DNA of 63,025 nt, counting the filler, from Bigelowiella natans CCMP2755 (taxonomy: Eukaryota > Protista > Cercozoa): the NCBI GenBank assembly GCA_000320545.1. It is 5 parts of 5 records of this genome, joined end to end, with 100 filler letters (N's around TTAATTAATTAA, not from the genome) between each part and the next. Parts side by side here need not be neighbours in the genome. Positions count along the whole stretch, not along the records: positions 56,268 to 63,025 come from ADNK01002481.1; 4 more parts are not named here. The stretch is one strand, 5' to 3'. The notes beneath the pieces are model-generated. The model did no database searches, had not been told where the DNA came from, and worked only from the letters and a program-made list of their open reading frames with translations. Shown here piece after piece: positions 61,323 through 63,025 of this stretch (positions are counted from its first letter, which is position 1; each line of letters opens with the position of its first letter). A program made the translations under genes and the position numbers.

Positions 61323-61904
61323 CTCAAAGTATATACTATATGGTAACTGATGATAATGTGCAGTGGGCGATGGTGGCATTGATGAAGATACTTTATGCTC
61401 TTCAGATTCAACGAGCCCTCCCCCATACAGAAGCTGGCGCTAGGGCCCACGCTAGAGGTCGTCAATTCTCTCCTACGTGAATACGCATTCTACCAAGGAT
61501 TTCATCAATCCGTAGAAATCCACGAAACAGACAGCTTATATGAGGTGCATTGCGCACATGTGTTATGGATTGCGACTAGGGTCGCGATGCCTTGATTCAA
61601 AGCCAGTCGGGGACGGGGAAGACTTCCATGCTTGGTCCTCTGAGTTGACGATGACCTTGATGATGCTAACGATGATGATGATGATGGTGATGAAGATGAT
61701 GTGGGGTGGTGGAGGGGGAGGTGAGTGGCTTTACGAGATAGCTGTGGGCGAGGAAATCATCGGGAGAACCGAGCAGCTTGGAGAGATAATTAATGAGGGA
61801 ATGTGCGATGCTGCGAGGCTGGGAGAGTCTCTCCTTTGCTTTGTAATTATGCAAACCATAGACAAAAATTGTCGTGATTGAGAAGTGCTCTTTGTCTGTC
61901 TGTC

Positions 61905-61945
<41 letters not shown>

Positions 61946-62490
61946 CGTTGATATATAGCGATGTTGTGTGTTGCTCTGAGCGAGCGGGAAAGGGCAGGAG
62001 TTACAAGCGCACAGGCAGTGCCAACGACGTCCATTAATTCCTATAAAGCAGGTGTGAGTGCATTGTCCAAACCCGCATTTATCTATCGATGAAAGTCAAC
62101 GTGTTTCCTTCTGCAACCGTGCCCAAAATACGCTGTAGAAACCTCAATTTAGTAAGATGAAACCGCCTTTACGACACACAAACACACACACATCACACCA
62201 CACCACACCACACAAACCTCTGAGAAGAAGTTGTAAAATTGAGAACCATCACCCATGCGCTTTTATGGCCTGGGACGATGAAGAGAGGCGTTGTCGTTTA
62301 TTCGTTCGACTGTTCGCAGTTAAAGCGTGTAGGATGCACTCACCCAGAAAAAGACATAGCGCAAATATATAACAGAAGCACCGGCGTCCTCCTCCCCTCC
62401 CCCCTCTCCTTCCTCGAAAGTCGTCGCAGTTGTGCTTTCGCCAAGCAGGTGGCGCATGCAGCCTCCCATGTTTTGTCCATTCCCTGGACT

Positions 62491-62526
<36 letters not shown>

Positions 62527-62705
62527 ATTTGCATGTTTCTACTACACAGTTGTTGGTGGCGTTATCGTCCCTCTACTTTTTGATTGATTGCTATTACAAT
62601 TACGTGCACAGGGAGCTGGCTGTGCAGACAAGGAATATGGTGAATCGCCTCGGTACGATTTCTTCTTCCTCCCGCTGTTCCCAGCGTTATTATTGCGAGC
62701 AATCG

Positions 62706-62746
<41 letters not shown>

Positions 62747-63025
62747 GTAGTCACACAGAATCTAGCATGAGCGGCATCTACAAGCTCAAACTCGCGCACA
62801 CAGAGCGCGGCTAATTCTCAGCCATAGTGTTCGGAGAGGGCGCTTTTTCCATGCTCCATTTTACATTTTGCTGCAATGCTAAAGCATCTGACGAGCATTG
62901 ACGCGTAGATCCAAAAACGATGATTTTCCCTAGGATACTCTCTCGACGTTCATTGCCACCCCCTCACTGGCGGAAAGGTTATTTAGTCGGAGAGGAGGCC
63001 ATCTCTCTCTCTCTCTCTCTCTCTC
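58735..63025 (+). CDS. Hypothetical multi-exon gene with N-terminal hydrophobic segment
   Basis: MRKHAPRS...AVLLTVAALIAFSTSASPK|, then exons PTSNPLQSSLLDML, PSVLPRILVKKNFDLC, GETDEEAFEEFWNNR, RFNEPSPIQKLALGP. No family recognised; the 3' end is not established. Confidence 0.45.

Overview
Intron-rich eukaryotic nuclear DNA, not prokaryotic. It consists of five contigs joined by four artificial 100-nt spacers (N44-TTAATTAATTAA-N44), so genes on either side of a spacer need not be neighbours. A plastid MEP-pathway gene (DXS) and a BBSome gene (BBS4) point to a flagellated alga; a chlorarachniophyte-like organism is my unverified guess. Recognisable genes: Gpt2/Sct1-type glycerol-3-phosphate acyltransferase, an MGxxxS/QSAP-repeat/SAM-like protein, a SET-domain protein, a CHST-type sulfotransferase, a CaMK-type kinase with a long C-terminal tail, two near-identical intronless GT23-like fucosyltransferases, a frameshifted cathepsin 3' fragment, a Tas-like aldo-keto reductase, DXS, a G-patch protein, an XLF-like protein, BBS4, a zf-RanBP2/Tudor protein and several hypothetical multi-exon genes. 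The most striking signal is non-coding. Several intergenic or relic blocks have almost no TpA dinucleotides, and the survivors are mostly CTAG, while introns keep long (TA)n runs. Local repeat copies show one TA site as CA in one copy and TG in another. This suggests a directional, context-dependent TpA->CpA/TpG mutagenesis of silent DNA that spares CTAG, comparable to RIP but with opposite polarity. Exon boundaries were read by eye and are approximate.
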